In this document: in pieces, positions 12,490 to 22,350 of the stretch | How the letters are laid out: each line of letters starts with the position of its first letter | Numbering within the stretch: the first letter of the stretch is position 1 | Assembly (NCBI GenBank): GCA_023920165.1 | Contig: CP089281.1 | Span: 434,001-498,000 of the forward strand | Direction: 5' to 3' | Origin: Curvularia clavata | Lineage: Eukaryota | Length of the DNA stretch: 64,000 bases | Position numbers and translations under genes: made by a program | Notes under the pieces: model-generated | Database searches by the model: none | Told to the model about the DNA's origin: nothing | The model's input: the letters and a program-made list of their open reading frames with translations, nothing else

Positions 12490-13555
12490 ATACTTGATTA
12501 GTAGACTTTTCAAAATTATTTTTAGAGTAGGTTAAATTAGTCTTAGATAGAGATCTTATCATATTTTATTATAATAGAGTTAGAAATAGTTAAAGTTGCA
12601 AAACTAGAAATAGAAATTCTTAATATTACTAACAACAGAGAAAAAGTTATTAATGTATTAATTCAGCTTTATAGAGCTAGATAGATTATAACTATTATTT
12701 TAAAAATTAACATACAATCTTTAAAATATTATATACAAGACTAACGCTAATGTTTTCTTGTTTATTATTTTTTATTCTAATTTTACCATCTTTATACAAT
12801 AGCATTTATACTTTCTACAATTTTTAGAGATATTTAGTTATGTACGTTCATATCCTTATATACTAGTAAAGTATCTTAGTTTTAGCCTAAAGTCTATTCT
12901 ATAATCACTACTCTATAGAGATTATTACTTTCTAATATGTTGTCTAATGGTTTATTACCTATAGCTATTGTCAAGGAGAGATCCTTTGCTTATTATCTAT
13001 AACATATAGATAAGCGACTTATAGGAATAAATCTATAAATCAAGATTCTAGATTTCATCTCCAAAATTAAGAATATTAATACTCGAGAATTACAAATTTG
13101 ATAATCTATATTTAGATTTTTTTTACATTTAATCTTTTCCTCTTAAATTCTTAAATCTTAGTAGACCAAACCGTTGTCTATCTTTATTTTAAAATTAGTT
13201 TTTAATATTAGCTCATTGCTATAGACGGGCTAGTTATAAGAGATAAAAATAGAAAAAGATTTAACTATCTATAGCTAGATATTTAATAGAGTAGCTATTA
13301 TTATTTTATAACTCAGTTCTATATACACCAGTACTAGCCTTTCAAATTCAAAACTAGATTATTTTTTCTACTTGAGATTTAGACTCTAAGATTTCATATT
13401 TAAATTTCTACCTAGATAGTGTTTTTTTATTTAAACTTTTTAATTTTCAGTAGACTAAACGATAGTCTACTACTCATTTATGTGATGTATATTTTGGACT
13501 AATTCCCGCAGGCGAGCCAATCATTGGAAATCAACATAGAAGTAAATAAAATATT
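12490..13555. repeat. Further fragments of the repeat family (3' piece on +, two 5' pieces on -)
   Basis: 12490-12750 matches copy C 4080-4354; head motifs in reverse at ~13160-13260 and ~13440-13555 (CCGCAGGCGAGCCAATC). Confidence 0.65.
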
Positions 13556-13709
13556 ATATAGATGACTGAAGCCAAAAATTATAATATATGTGTATAGTAG
13601 TGAAATAGTACAATATATTTTTCTTCTAAATAATAATTATATACTAGAGTATATAGATATAAGTCTATTTAATATTATATCTATTATTTCTTTAACGTAT
13701 ATATTCTTA

Positions 13710-14126
13710 CTTGAATTTACTAAGCTAAATAAGATTGTCTATAGATAGAATCCTAAATTTATGCCTAGATAGGTAGATAGTCTACTACGCAGAATTTCAC
13801 TAGTTACTAAGTTTACCACGTCATCCTATCACAAGGATAGTCTAAGACCTGACTTTCAAGACATTATACTTATATAATTACGTATAGAATAGATAACTAT
13901 AAATTTTAATCTTATCTTTAAAATTGTTATAATATTATCGATTATAGAGATCCAATTTTATAACAAAATAAATTTATCATTTTTCAAACTTATATAATTC
14001 TATTCAAATTTACTTAGCTAAGTAACATAGCTTATAGACAGAATATCAAAGTTTTGTCCAGGCAGCTAGATAGTCCACCACACAGAATCTTACCAGTTAC
14101 CAAGTCAACCACGTGATCCCGTTACA
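13710..14126 (+). repeat. Two diverged direct repeats resembling LTR 3' ends
   Basis: 13710-13833 and 14003-14126 align (GATAGTCyACyACrCAGAAT...ACCACGT.ATCC..TyACA), both ending in ACA like TG...CA LTRs. Confidence 0.55.
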
Positions 14127-15022
14127 ATAGGTTCATCATAGTTACACAATAACTATATATCGGAACAGTATTAGACTGTAGAGGAGAGGTTTGAGTAAGG
14201 GCAATAGCTATAGTGACCCACAAATCCATGAGGTACTTTAAACCATTGTGAATCAATTTCGCTGAGAGTCGTATCAGGCTGAGTGGAATGCGCAGCTGAC
14301 TGATCGGCGCTGCTTACTCGTCCTGCTCCTTAGTTATTAGGTATTTCGTCTTAAGCTGCGTAGAAAAACAGAACGGCATCCCCTGACCCCATGGAAGAGG
14401 TACGTTCCAGCATCTTGGCATCTTTTGTTTCACGGAGTGAAAACAAAAGTTCTGTCAGCCTACCAAGAATCGTGGTCACAATCCTGCAGATTCTCGAGAT
14501 TACTCATGAAGAATACATGAGTAACTAGCTGATGTTGAACGCCTGAGATTAGCTGGCTCAACAACAACTGGCAAAGGGTGATGTGTGCTACTATTCGGAT
14601 CATGTCTGGGGAGATTCATTTGCCTAGGGAAGTTTCATTGCTTGATCCATGTAACTTACCTAGACTGCAATCAGGATCTCCACATTTAGCCGAATGCATT
14701 GCGCTGAATCTTGCCCCTGCTCTAAATACACGTTTTGCCGAGGTCTCGTAGTTTTACTATTGAGATTACTAATCTTATGCTTTGAAATCCACTTCTGTAG
14801 ACATACTCCTCCAGTCGGGTTAATTCGTCTCTATTCAGCTTCTGCTTAATAATTCTTGTCTTTTGATTCCTTGTTATATAAGCGAGAAGAGCAGTGGGTG
14901 ATAGTTAGCGCTTCACCAATACTTAAATAAGAATGCCCCAATCGAAAGATCAAATAAGCCACGCACTGCTCCTTCTTCCGCTCACGGCTGTCATTTATTC
15001 CTTTTTTGCAAAGCCCTCGAAA

Positions 15023-16075
15023 ATGCCAAATCAAACTGCACTTGTCGTGTCCGAGATTGGCGGACGTGTATCAGCAATGACAGACTGGCCCATCCCTAAA
15101 CCAGGAGACAAGCAAGTTCAGATACGCGTAACAGTAGCAGGCCTTAATCCACATGACCAAAGAGCTCGCGATAACGGCCTTTTTATCAAAGACGCTCTAC
15201 CAGCCATCCTCGGGCACGACATCACTGGCGTTGTCACAGCTGTCGGATCTGACGTCTCCAAGTTCAAGACAGGAGACAGGGTTGTCTCACAATCACAACT
15301 TGTCGGATATCATCAGAAAGCACTACAGCAATATGCAATAGTAGATGAGAGTTTCTCCTCAAAGATCCCAGAAGGCTTCACGGATCATGATGCTGCAACA
15401 ATCCCAACCAATGCAGTCGCAGCACTCGTAAGTCTTTTTGACGCGAGTGGACTGGATATTCCTCCGCCGTGGAGGAAAACAGATGCAGCCTTTGACTATG
15501 CTGGAGCTTCACTGCTCATATTAGGTGGGGGGAGCAACTGTGGGAGATTTGGTGTCCAGCTTGCCAGAATGGCTGGTATTGGGAAGATTGTAGTTGTCGG
15601 CGGCTCTGAGGAGGAACTAAAAGGATGGGGTGCGACACACGTTCTGGACAGGCATGGTGGTGATCAAGCAGTCATCAATCGCATCCGCGATGTTGTCGGA
15701 GATGACCTTATTTATGCTTTCGACGCCATAAACGTACCTAGAGACCAGCATCTTGCCATCAGCGCACTTTCTTCGAGCAAGGCTGGGAGAGTTGCTCGCC
15801 TGCGCTTCTCTACTGGGGCTATTGATGAATCGAAGATCATTGGAGAGAAAATCGCGGGATACGAGATGCGCAACGTGCTCGGCGTATCCCATATGAAACC
15901 AGATACTGCAGAGCCATTCTGGAATCAGCTGGAAGAGTACCTGAAGAACGAGAGTCTGGTGCCGTTGAAATACGAAGTTGTTAATGGACTCGATGCTGGA
16001 AAAGTCAATGAAGTGTTAGATCGGTACAGAGACGGTATGAAGGTGGTCCAGACGCACTTCGAAGTGTCCAAGTGA
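15023..16075 (+). CDS. Medium-chain dehydrogenase/reductase (enoyl-reductase/quinone-oxidoreductase-like, GroES fold)
   Basis: Intronless ORF; PKPGDKQVQIRV, GLNPHD, PAILGHDITGVVTAVG, GGGSNCG nucleotide-binding loop; ATG at 15023 preferred over 14933. Confidence 0.85.
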   Translation: MPNQTALVVSEIGGRVSAMTDWPIPKPGDKQVQIRVTVAGLNPHDQRARDNGLFIKDALPAILGHDITGVVTAVGSDVSKFKTGDRVVSQSQLVGYHQKALQQYAIVDESFSSKIPEGFTDHDAATIPTNAVAALVSLFDASGLDIPPPWRKTDAAFDYAGASLLILGGGSNCGRFGVQLARMAGIGKIVVVGGSEEELKGWGATHVLDRHGGDQAVINRIRDVVGDDLIYAFDAINVPRDQHLAISALSSSKAGRVARLRFSTGAIDESKIIGEKIAGYEMRNVLGVSHMKPDTAEPFWNQLEEYLKNESLVPLKYEVVNGLDAGKVNEVLDRYRDGMKVVQTHFEVSK

Positions 16076-18416
16076 GTTATGGCATTTGCAGAACCAGCAA
16101 ATATAGTACCGCTCTAATCTGCGCGTCGCTTTCTGCGTACAGTATTAGGCTAGCGATCTGTTCGCTTGCGCGCGGGCTATGCAACACCAACATGATCAGT
16201 GCAGACCTATATTTCCCTCAACCCTATATAAATGTTTTCCTAACACTACATAGCTCTATCTAAATAAACTCAATTCTTACCACAGTCTCAACCATAGATT
16301 CAGTTAATTGAAAGCGCGAATGTGAACGATCAGAAGCCCAGCGTATGTATGTTCTATCTCAAGATAAGGCTGGTGTATCCACTGCGGAAATCGCAGACGA
16401 GCTGCGCGGCGCTGCTCACAACGCTGGATCTAATTAACAGTATCGCAATATAATAGCTATAATTCAATAGTGTCACTAATACAACAGGCCGAGCGCCCTT
16501 GAGACAGCTCCTCGATAGAATCTCGGTTGTTTTACAGAATTGGGGTGCTACCTAGAGCACCTGTGTTCTGTACATCGCCCGACCAGCATTCAGGCAATAC
16601 GCTTAGACAATCGGCGGAACCTGTCTCTGACAAGTAAACCAAAACCATACGGACAGGGTAGATAGCTACTTATTGAATACAACCTCTTGTATTTTCGTGG
16701 TTACTCCTTTAGCGCAGCCCCTTATATCGCTCAGTGGCGATTAGAGTACCGTGCAACATCTATTCCTCGGGTATGTATCAAGATTCGAACGCCTTTGCGG
16801 AAATCATCAAGGAGTCTAAGTTTTGGGCATTTAGTTAGTTGAACCTACTTTAAGGTGGTAATACATCCCATTTCTCAACAAATGCAATGGCCATGGCGAT
16901 AGCACAGTTTTCTTCGTTTCAAGACTGAAAAAGAGGTTATCCTCGTTGCTAATACTACCTTGTGCTGTGTAGGAGAGTGCGTGTGAACGTAGCTAAGCTT
17001 CGTTCAGCGTCGCTGCAATGTCCTCCTTAGTAAGACGACTAATCAAAATAAGAGTTGCAACAGTTCGATAGTTATTAACCTGAAACACGATCACGTGTTG
17101 GACAATATTTGTCATCTGTAGCTCGATGGTATGAACTGCTATTTCTATGTCCTTGTTAAAATTACAGGCGTACCGATAAGGTTCGTAATCACAGTAAAGC
17201 GTCGCTGTTGAGTCAATCAGTATTATCAATAGACGTGATAAGGGTAAATGCAATTGATAAGACGATTTTTATGGGCGCAAAGGTGCGTTTTCCATGTTTC
17301 TTCAGGGGAATGGTGCTTCCATATACTGATCTTGCGGTTGAGCTCGAGGCGAAATCGCTTTCGCTAGCATTTGACAGCGAGAAGGCGCCATGATTCCAAA
17401 GACGACGTAGTAATAGATGATTCCACACATTTAAATCAATAAGAATGGCTCTACCAGATATTTACCTTTCCGAGCTGTCGTTGTACATAGAAAGACAAAA
17501 TCGCTGTAGATACAATAGTTGCTTGGAACAATTTGAGCAGCATTCTAAACGAATATAGAGCAAACGCTAGTGCAAGTTAGTTATGATATGCTGCGATATA
17601 GCGGCGGCCCAAGCTCTTCTTCTTCCCCAGAAAAGTCAAAAACACCATCTGGAGTACCAACATTGACAAGCATCGGCAGCATAGTCGATAGCTAGGACAA
17701 TATAAGAGTAGGAATTTTGATCAGTTATGGATTCTGTGAGCACCACTGATTGCTTTAGCGGTTACGAGGGTATACATGCTCTTTAAAGGTGATTCAAGAG
17801 CGTTGTCATGCTCTATGAAAACTTCTGGGACGCATTTATCACTGCACATCAAGATCGTGTAATACGTAGTAGTTTCGCCAGTCTAGTAATTCTTTTCATT
17901 CTGGGATCTGTCAGTTGAATTAGGAAACGAAGTCTTGCTCATTAGAGTTTGTAAATTTTAATTTCTTTTTCGAAAAATTCTTGGTTTTGGTAAAAGTATC
18001 TTGTACGAAAATCTAACTTAACTTGGCTCTAGCCTCTTAAATACCATTCTATCAAATGTTTTATAGATTGACTTTTCGACTCCATACAACTAAGTACTTC
18101 TCAAAATGGTTCTTAAAAGGTATATCAACATTCAAAAATGATACTCTGTTTTAATGTTTCTCATTTGTTTTATTGTTTTCAATGTCTATTGATTGTTACT
18201 AAGTCTCAGCCTGTACATCCCTCACTACTCTGATTCTGGAAATCCACATAATGTTAGATCTCAAGTTAGCGTCTTAGGGAGTATTACACAGTACAAAAGC
18301 CATCTTTTGTTCAGTTTTAATTTTGCCCGCTGGCTACCGTGGCTTACGATTCGATTGCATGCAAGCTACAAGCTATATACTCCTCAGTCAGCTGCAACAA
18401 CACGAAGATAATAGTC

Positions 18417-19384
18417 TTAATCTTTTAAGCGTTCGATAGTCGCTTTAATCTCTCTTGCTGAGTATAGCAATTCCTGCTTCTCACTGGGTACCAAGGGTAT
18501 TGGTAGCGTGCGCTCAATCCCCGATCTTCCAAGCACGGCAGGCATGCTCAAAGAACAACCAAGTTCTTGCTGCATATGACTAACGGGATATACTTGTCGC
18601 CGATCCAGAAGAATGGACGTACAGATTGTGGATATGACGGAGGCAATACCGAAGGTAATAGCACCCTTCTCTTCAATGATACACTCCCCTTCACGCTTGC
18701 ATTTCAAAGCAATTCCAACCTTGTCAACCCCATCTGAACCCGCTATGTCATCTATTGGGACGCCACCGATCTCCACCAGAGACCAGGGTACAAACATGGA
18801 TCCACAATGCTCCCCCAGTACCATAGCATCGATCGAGCTTGCAGCAACCTAGAAAACCATCAGTGTTACCTTTAACTGAGGGTAAAATGTTCATGATTTA
18901 CCCCAAATTGATCGGAAAGCATCCCTCTTAGCCTGACAGAATCAAGGAACGTTCCTGTGCCAATGACTTGGGTAGGTGGAAGACCAGATAGTTCCTGAGC
19001 CAGCGACGTCAGTACATCGACTGGATTCGTTACTATAAGTAAGATCCCGTCTCGTTTGAATGGCTTCATTGCTTCGATGATGTTCCGGAGCGTTGCCGTG
19101 CTTCGATGAAGGTATTGTAAACTCGTCTCTCCTATCCCCCTTTTAGCTGCGGCCATAATGATAACAATGTCAGCTTGTGCAGCTTCCTTGTATGTTGCGG
19201 CTTGAACGTGAGCCCCGTTTTGTTCCTTAAAGGTTGAATTTTTGAGGTCTCTGACTTGACCATCTCGGTGGGATGATCGTTTATCAACAAGGAGTAATGT
19301 GGCACAGATATTGTGGAGGATCAATGCATAAGCTGCTGCTCCGCCCACCTCTCCAGCGCCTATGATCGCGATTTTTGGAGACAT
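18417..19384 (-). CDS. ldh: L-lactate/malate dehydrogenase family protein; exons 19384-18902 and 18848-18417
   Basis: KIAIIGAGEVG Rossmann motif, VTNPVD, IGTGTFLDSVRL, LGEH, KGAITFGI; 53-bp GT-AG intron 18849-18901 joins the two ORF-track pieces in frame. Confidence 0.92.
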
Positions 19385-19911
19385 GATAAAACTTCCAGTG
19401 AGATAACTGATCTTTGGGTAGAGACCTGCCCACTGCCCTGGAACGCTTTGTATATAATGAGATGGACTGGGGGTAAAGTGATGGGAGTATGACAAGAGAG
19501 CTTTAGACCCTGCATAGCCTAGAGGCGCTAGTTAGAACGTATGGTGGTGCCATGGCGTGTTGGGGATAATGGTTTTCAAGTGAACCCCGCCTGAACAAGG
19601 AATATCCCTTTAGCTCATCAAGCTGCTGATGATCACCAAATACTATGACTAAAATCTGGGTAGAGCTGAATATCAACTATAGCTGGTCATTCGATCTAAC
19701 CATATGATTTGAATCTGGTCGTCATGGTACGATGGAACGATCATGCCATAAGCATCAATGTCTTCAGCTCGAAGGCCATTGGGTTCATCTTCTGCTTGTA
19801 TCCTACAAAGCCATCCCAGTTCTATCCCCTAAGCATTCGACGAGTCAACTATGCGTTCACTCTGAGATTAAGACCTCTCCACTTCTATTTGTTTATAGCA
19901 CCTTTCCTACC
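19385..19911. promoter_or_regulatory. Shared divergent promoter of ldh and ppsA
   Basis: 527 bp between head-to-head ATGs; TATA-like TATATA ~19451-19456; CreA-type SYGGRG at 19467-19472 (+) and 19585-19590 (-). Confidence 0.55.
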
Positions 19912-22350
19912 ATGACAAGCGACAAAACTCACTCAAAACTATCAAACGATGGTACTTGTCTGGTCCATGACTTCGAAAACGTTACACGCAGTGACATAAG
20001 CGTTGTCGGTGGTAAAAATGCGTCCCTAGGCGAGATGATAGGGGCATTAAAGACCGAAGGGGTTGCTGTACCCCCCGGTTTTGCGACTACAGCCCAATGC
20101 TACTGGCAATTTGTAACATTCAATAAGATCAACGATAGGCTGGAGAAGTTGATCTTGGACTGGCAGATGGAAAAGATCAGTCTTGCGGAAACTGGAAAAT
20201 ACGCTCGAGACCTATTCCTCAGAGGAGACTGGCCGGATGAAGCCAAGAACGCGATCGTTTCGGCCTATCATCGGCTATCAGTCAAAACGGGTGTCGAAAA
20301 TCCCAGTGTTGCCGTTCGTTCCAGTGCAACGGCTGAGGATCTACCGGACTCAAGCTTTGCTGGCCAGCAAGAGACATTCTTGAATGTCTCAGGTGAGCGG
20401 GCGCTGCTAAACGCTTGCCGAAAGTGCTATGGCTCGCTGTTCACTGACAGAGCGATATTCTATCGACAGACAAGAGGATTTAATCACCTGAAAATTGCAC
20501 TATCTGTTGGCATTCAGCAGATGGTTCGATCGGATCTGAGTGGTTCCGGCGTTATGTTTTCCATCGATACTGAGAGTGGTTACGACAAGATCATTCTGAT
20601 CAATGCGGCTTGGGGCTTAGGCGAGAATGTAGTACAAGGTGCTGTCAATCCAGATGAGTACCAAGTCTTCAAGACCTTTCTCAATAAGCCTGGCGTGATA
20701 CCAATCATCGAGAAGAGGGTGGGAGGCAAAGACAAGAAGATGGTTTACAGCAAGGGTGAATCATACACTAGAAATGTCCCTACCTCGAAAGCAGAACGGT
20801 CGGCTCTAGTGCTCAACGAATTGGAAATTCTGCAACTTGCGCGTTGGGCTTGTACGATTGAACATCATTATGGCTGCCCGATGGACATGGAATGGGCCAA
20901 AGATGGTATTACCAATCAACTCTTCATCGTCCAAGCTCGGCCAGAGACTGTTCACTCGACTCGAAAAGTAGGGAAGTTCCATGAATATTCCGTAAGCTCC
21001 AAAGGTAAGACATTGACTACAGGCTGCTCTGTCGGCAATGCAGCTGTAGCGGGACGCGTATGCATGATCGAGTCCCCTACGGAAATTGATTTGTTCATCG
21101 ACGGATCGATCCTGGTAACCGAAACCACAGACCCTGATTGGGTTCCCATCATGAGAAAAGCGACAGCTATTGTGACTGACCATGGAGGTCGAACATCACA
21201 CGCTGCTATCGTAAGTCGAGAACTTGGAATCACCGCTGTTGTCGGCACAGGCAATGCCACGTATGTCTTGCACAGCGGGCAAGACATCACCGTCTCCTGT
21301 GCAGAGGGTGAGACAGGTTATGTCTACGATGGTACAGCCAATATCACCTCAAAGACCATCGATGTCTCAAATCTTCCACGTACGAGCACAGAGGTAATGC
21401 TGAACCTAGCGGACCCGAGTGCAGCCAATCGTTGGTGGCGATTGCCTTGCGACGGCATCGGTCTGGCGCGAATGGAGTTCGTGGTGAGCAATCATATTCG
21501 CATCCATCCGATGGCACTCCTGCATTATGATCTGATAAAAGACGAATCTATCAAGAGGGTGATCGAAGATCTAACCGTGGGCTACAAAGACAAGTCACAG
21601 TACTTTGTAGATAAATTAGCACTCGGCCTTGCTCGCCTATGTGCTGTGGCATATCCAAAGCCAGTCATCATTCGACTGTCAGATTTTAAAACCAACGAAT
21701 ATGCGAATCTCATCGGTGGTGCCCAACACGAGCCGAAGGAGGAAAATCCAATGATCGGCTGGCGTGGAGCTTCCCGATACTACTCCTTGGGTTACAAAGA
21801 TGGGTTCACTTTGGAATGTAAGGCCATCAAGCGACTGCGAGAGCAACTGGGATTCAAAAACGCAGTGATTATGGTTCCATTCTGTCGCACCGTTGGAGAG
21901 GCGGTCAAAGTGCAGAACGAGCTGACGAAGAACGGACTGAAACGCGGTGAAGATGGCCTGCAAATTTATGTCATGTGTGAGATTCCATCGAACGTAATAC
22001 TGGCGCATGAATTTGCGAAGCATTTTGATGGTTTCTCTATTGGATCCAACGATCTTACACAGCTCACGCTTGGTATTGACCGTGATTCAGAAGAGCTCGC
22101 ACCTCTGTTCTCCGAACAAGATGAGGCGGTCAAGTGGATGATTGCAGAAGCCACATCAAGAGCACGCAAAGCTGGACGCAAAATCGGACTGTGCGGACAG
22201 GCTCCCAGTAACGATCCATCGTTTGCATCGTTTCTTGTGAAGTGTGGAATTGATTCTATATCCGTCAGTCCTAGCAGCTTCCTTGCGGTGAAATATAACG
22301 TTGCGAAGGCGGAAGAGGAAATCAAGCGGGGCCTTAGAGCGGTCTCTTAG
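19912..22350 (+). CDS. ppsA: Phosphoenolpyruvate synthase (pyruvate, water dikinase), intronless
   Basis: VGGKNASLGEM, VAVRSSATAEDLPDSSFAGQQETFLN, DMEWAKDG, phospho-His motif GGRTSHAAIVSRELG, EENPMIGWRGASRY, DGFSIGSNDLTQL, GLCGQAPS; ~812 aa from ATG 19912. Confidence 0.96.
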   Translation: MTSDKTHSKLSNDGTCLVHDFENVTRSDISVVGGKNASLGEMIGALKTEGVAVPPGFATTAQCYWQFVTFNKINDRLEKLILDWQMEKISLAETGKYARDLFLRGDWPDEAKNAIVSAYHRLSVKTGVENPSVAVRSSATAEDLPDSSFAGQQETFLNVSGERALLNACRKCYGSLFTDRAIFYRQTRGFNHLKIALSVGIQQMVRSDLSGSGVMFSIDTESGYDKIILINAAWGLGENVVQGAVNPDEYQVFKTFLNKPGVIPIIEKRVGGKDKKMVYSKGESYTRNVPTSKAERSALVLNELEILQLARWACTIEHHYGCPMDMEWAKDGITNQLFIVQARPETVHSTRKVGKFHEYSVSSKGKTLTTGCSVGNAAVAGRVCMIESPTEIDLFIDGSILVTETTDPDWVPIMRKATAIVTDHGGRTSHAAIVSRELGITAVVGTGNATYVLHSGQDITVSCAEGETGYVYDGTANITSKTIDVSNLPRTSTEVMLNLADPSAANRWWRLPCDGIGLARMEFVVSNHIRIHPMALLHYDLIKDESIKRVIEDLTVGYKDKSQYFVDKLALGLARLCAVAYPKPVIIRLSDFKTNEYANLIGGAQHEPKEENPMIGWRGASRYYSLGYKDGFTLECKAIKRLREQLGFKNAVIMVPFCRTVGEAVKVQNELTKNGLKRGEDGLQIYVMCEIPSNVILAHEFAKHFDGFSIGSNDLTQLTLGIDRDSEELAPLFSEQDEAVKWMIAEATSRARKAGRKIGLCGQAPSNDPSFASFLVKCGIDSISVSPSSFLAVKYNVAKAEEEIKRGLRAVS

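Larger units (their letters stand above)
1..14130. repeat. AT-rich block of RIP-degraded nested transposable elements
   Basis: Very low GC, strong TpA excess (tag/tat/cta runs), almost no ORFs, transposon motifs recoverable only by reversing C>T/G>A changes; abrupt switch to balanced GC near 14.1-14.3 kb. Confidence 0.95.

Noticed and set aside
16993..17428. Short ORFs between the reductase and ldh
   Set aside because: No recognisable domain or splice pattern; a decayed gene cannot be excluded
19732..19911. 60-aa N-terminal extension of PpsA in the ORF track
   Set aside because: PpsA homology begins after ATG 19912; the extension does not clearly resemble a targeting peptide
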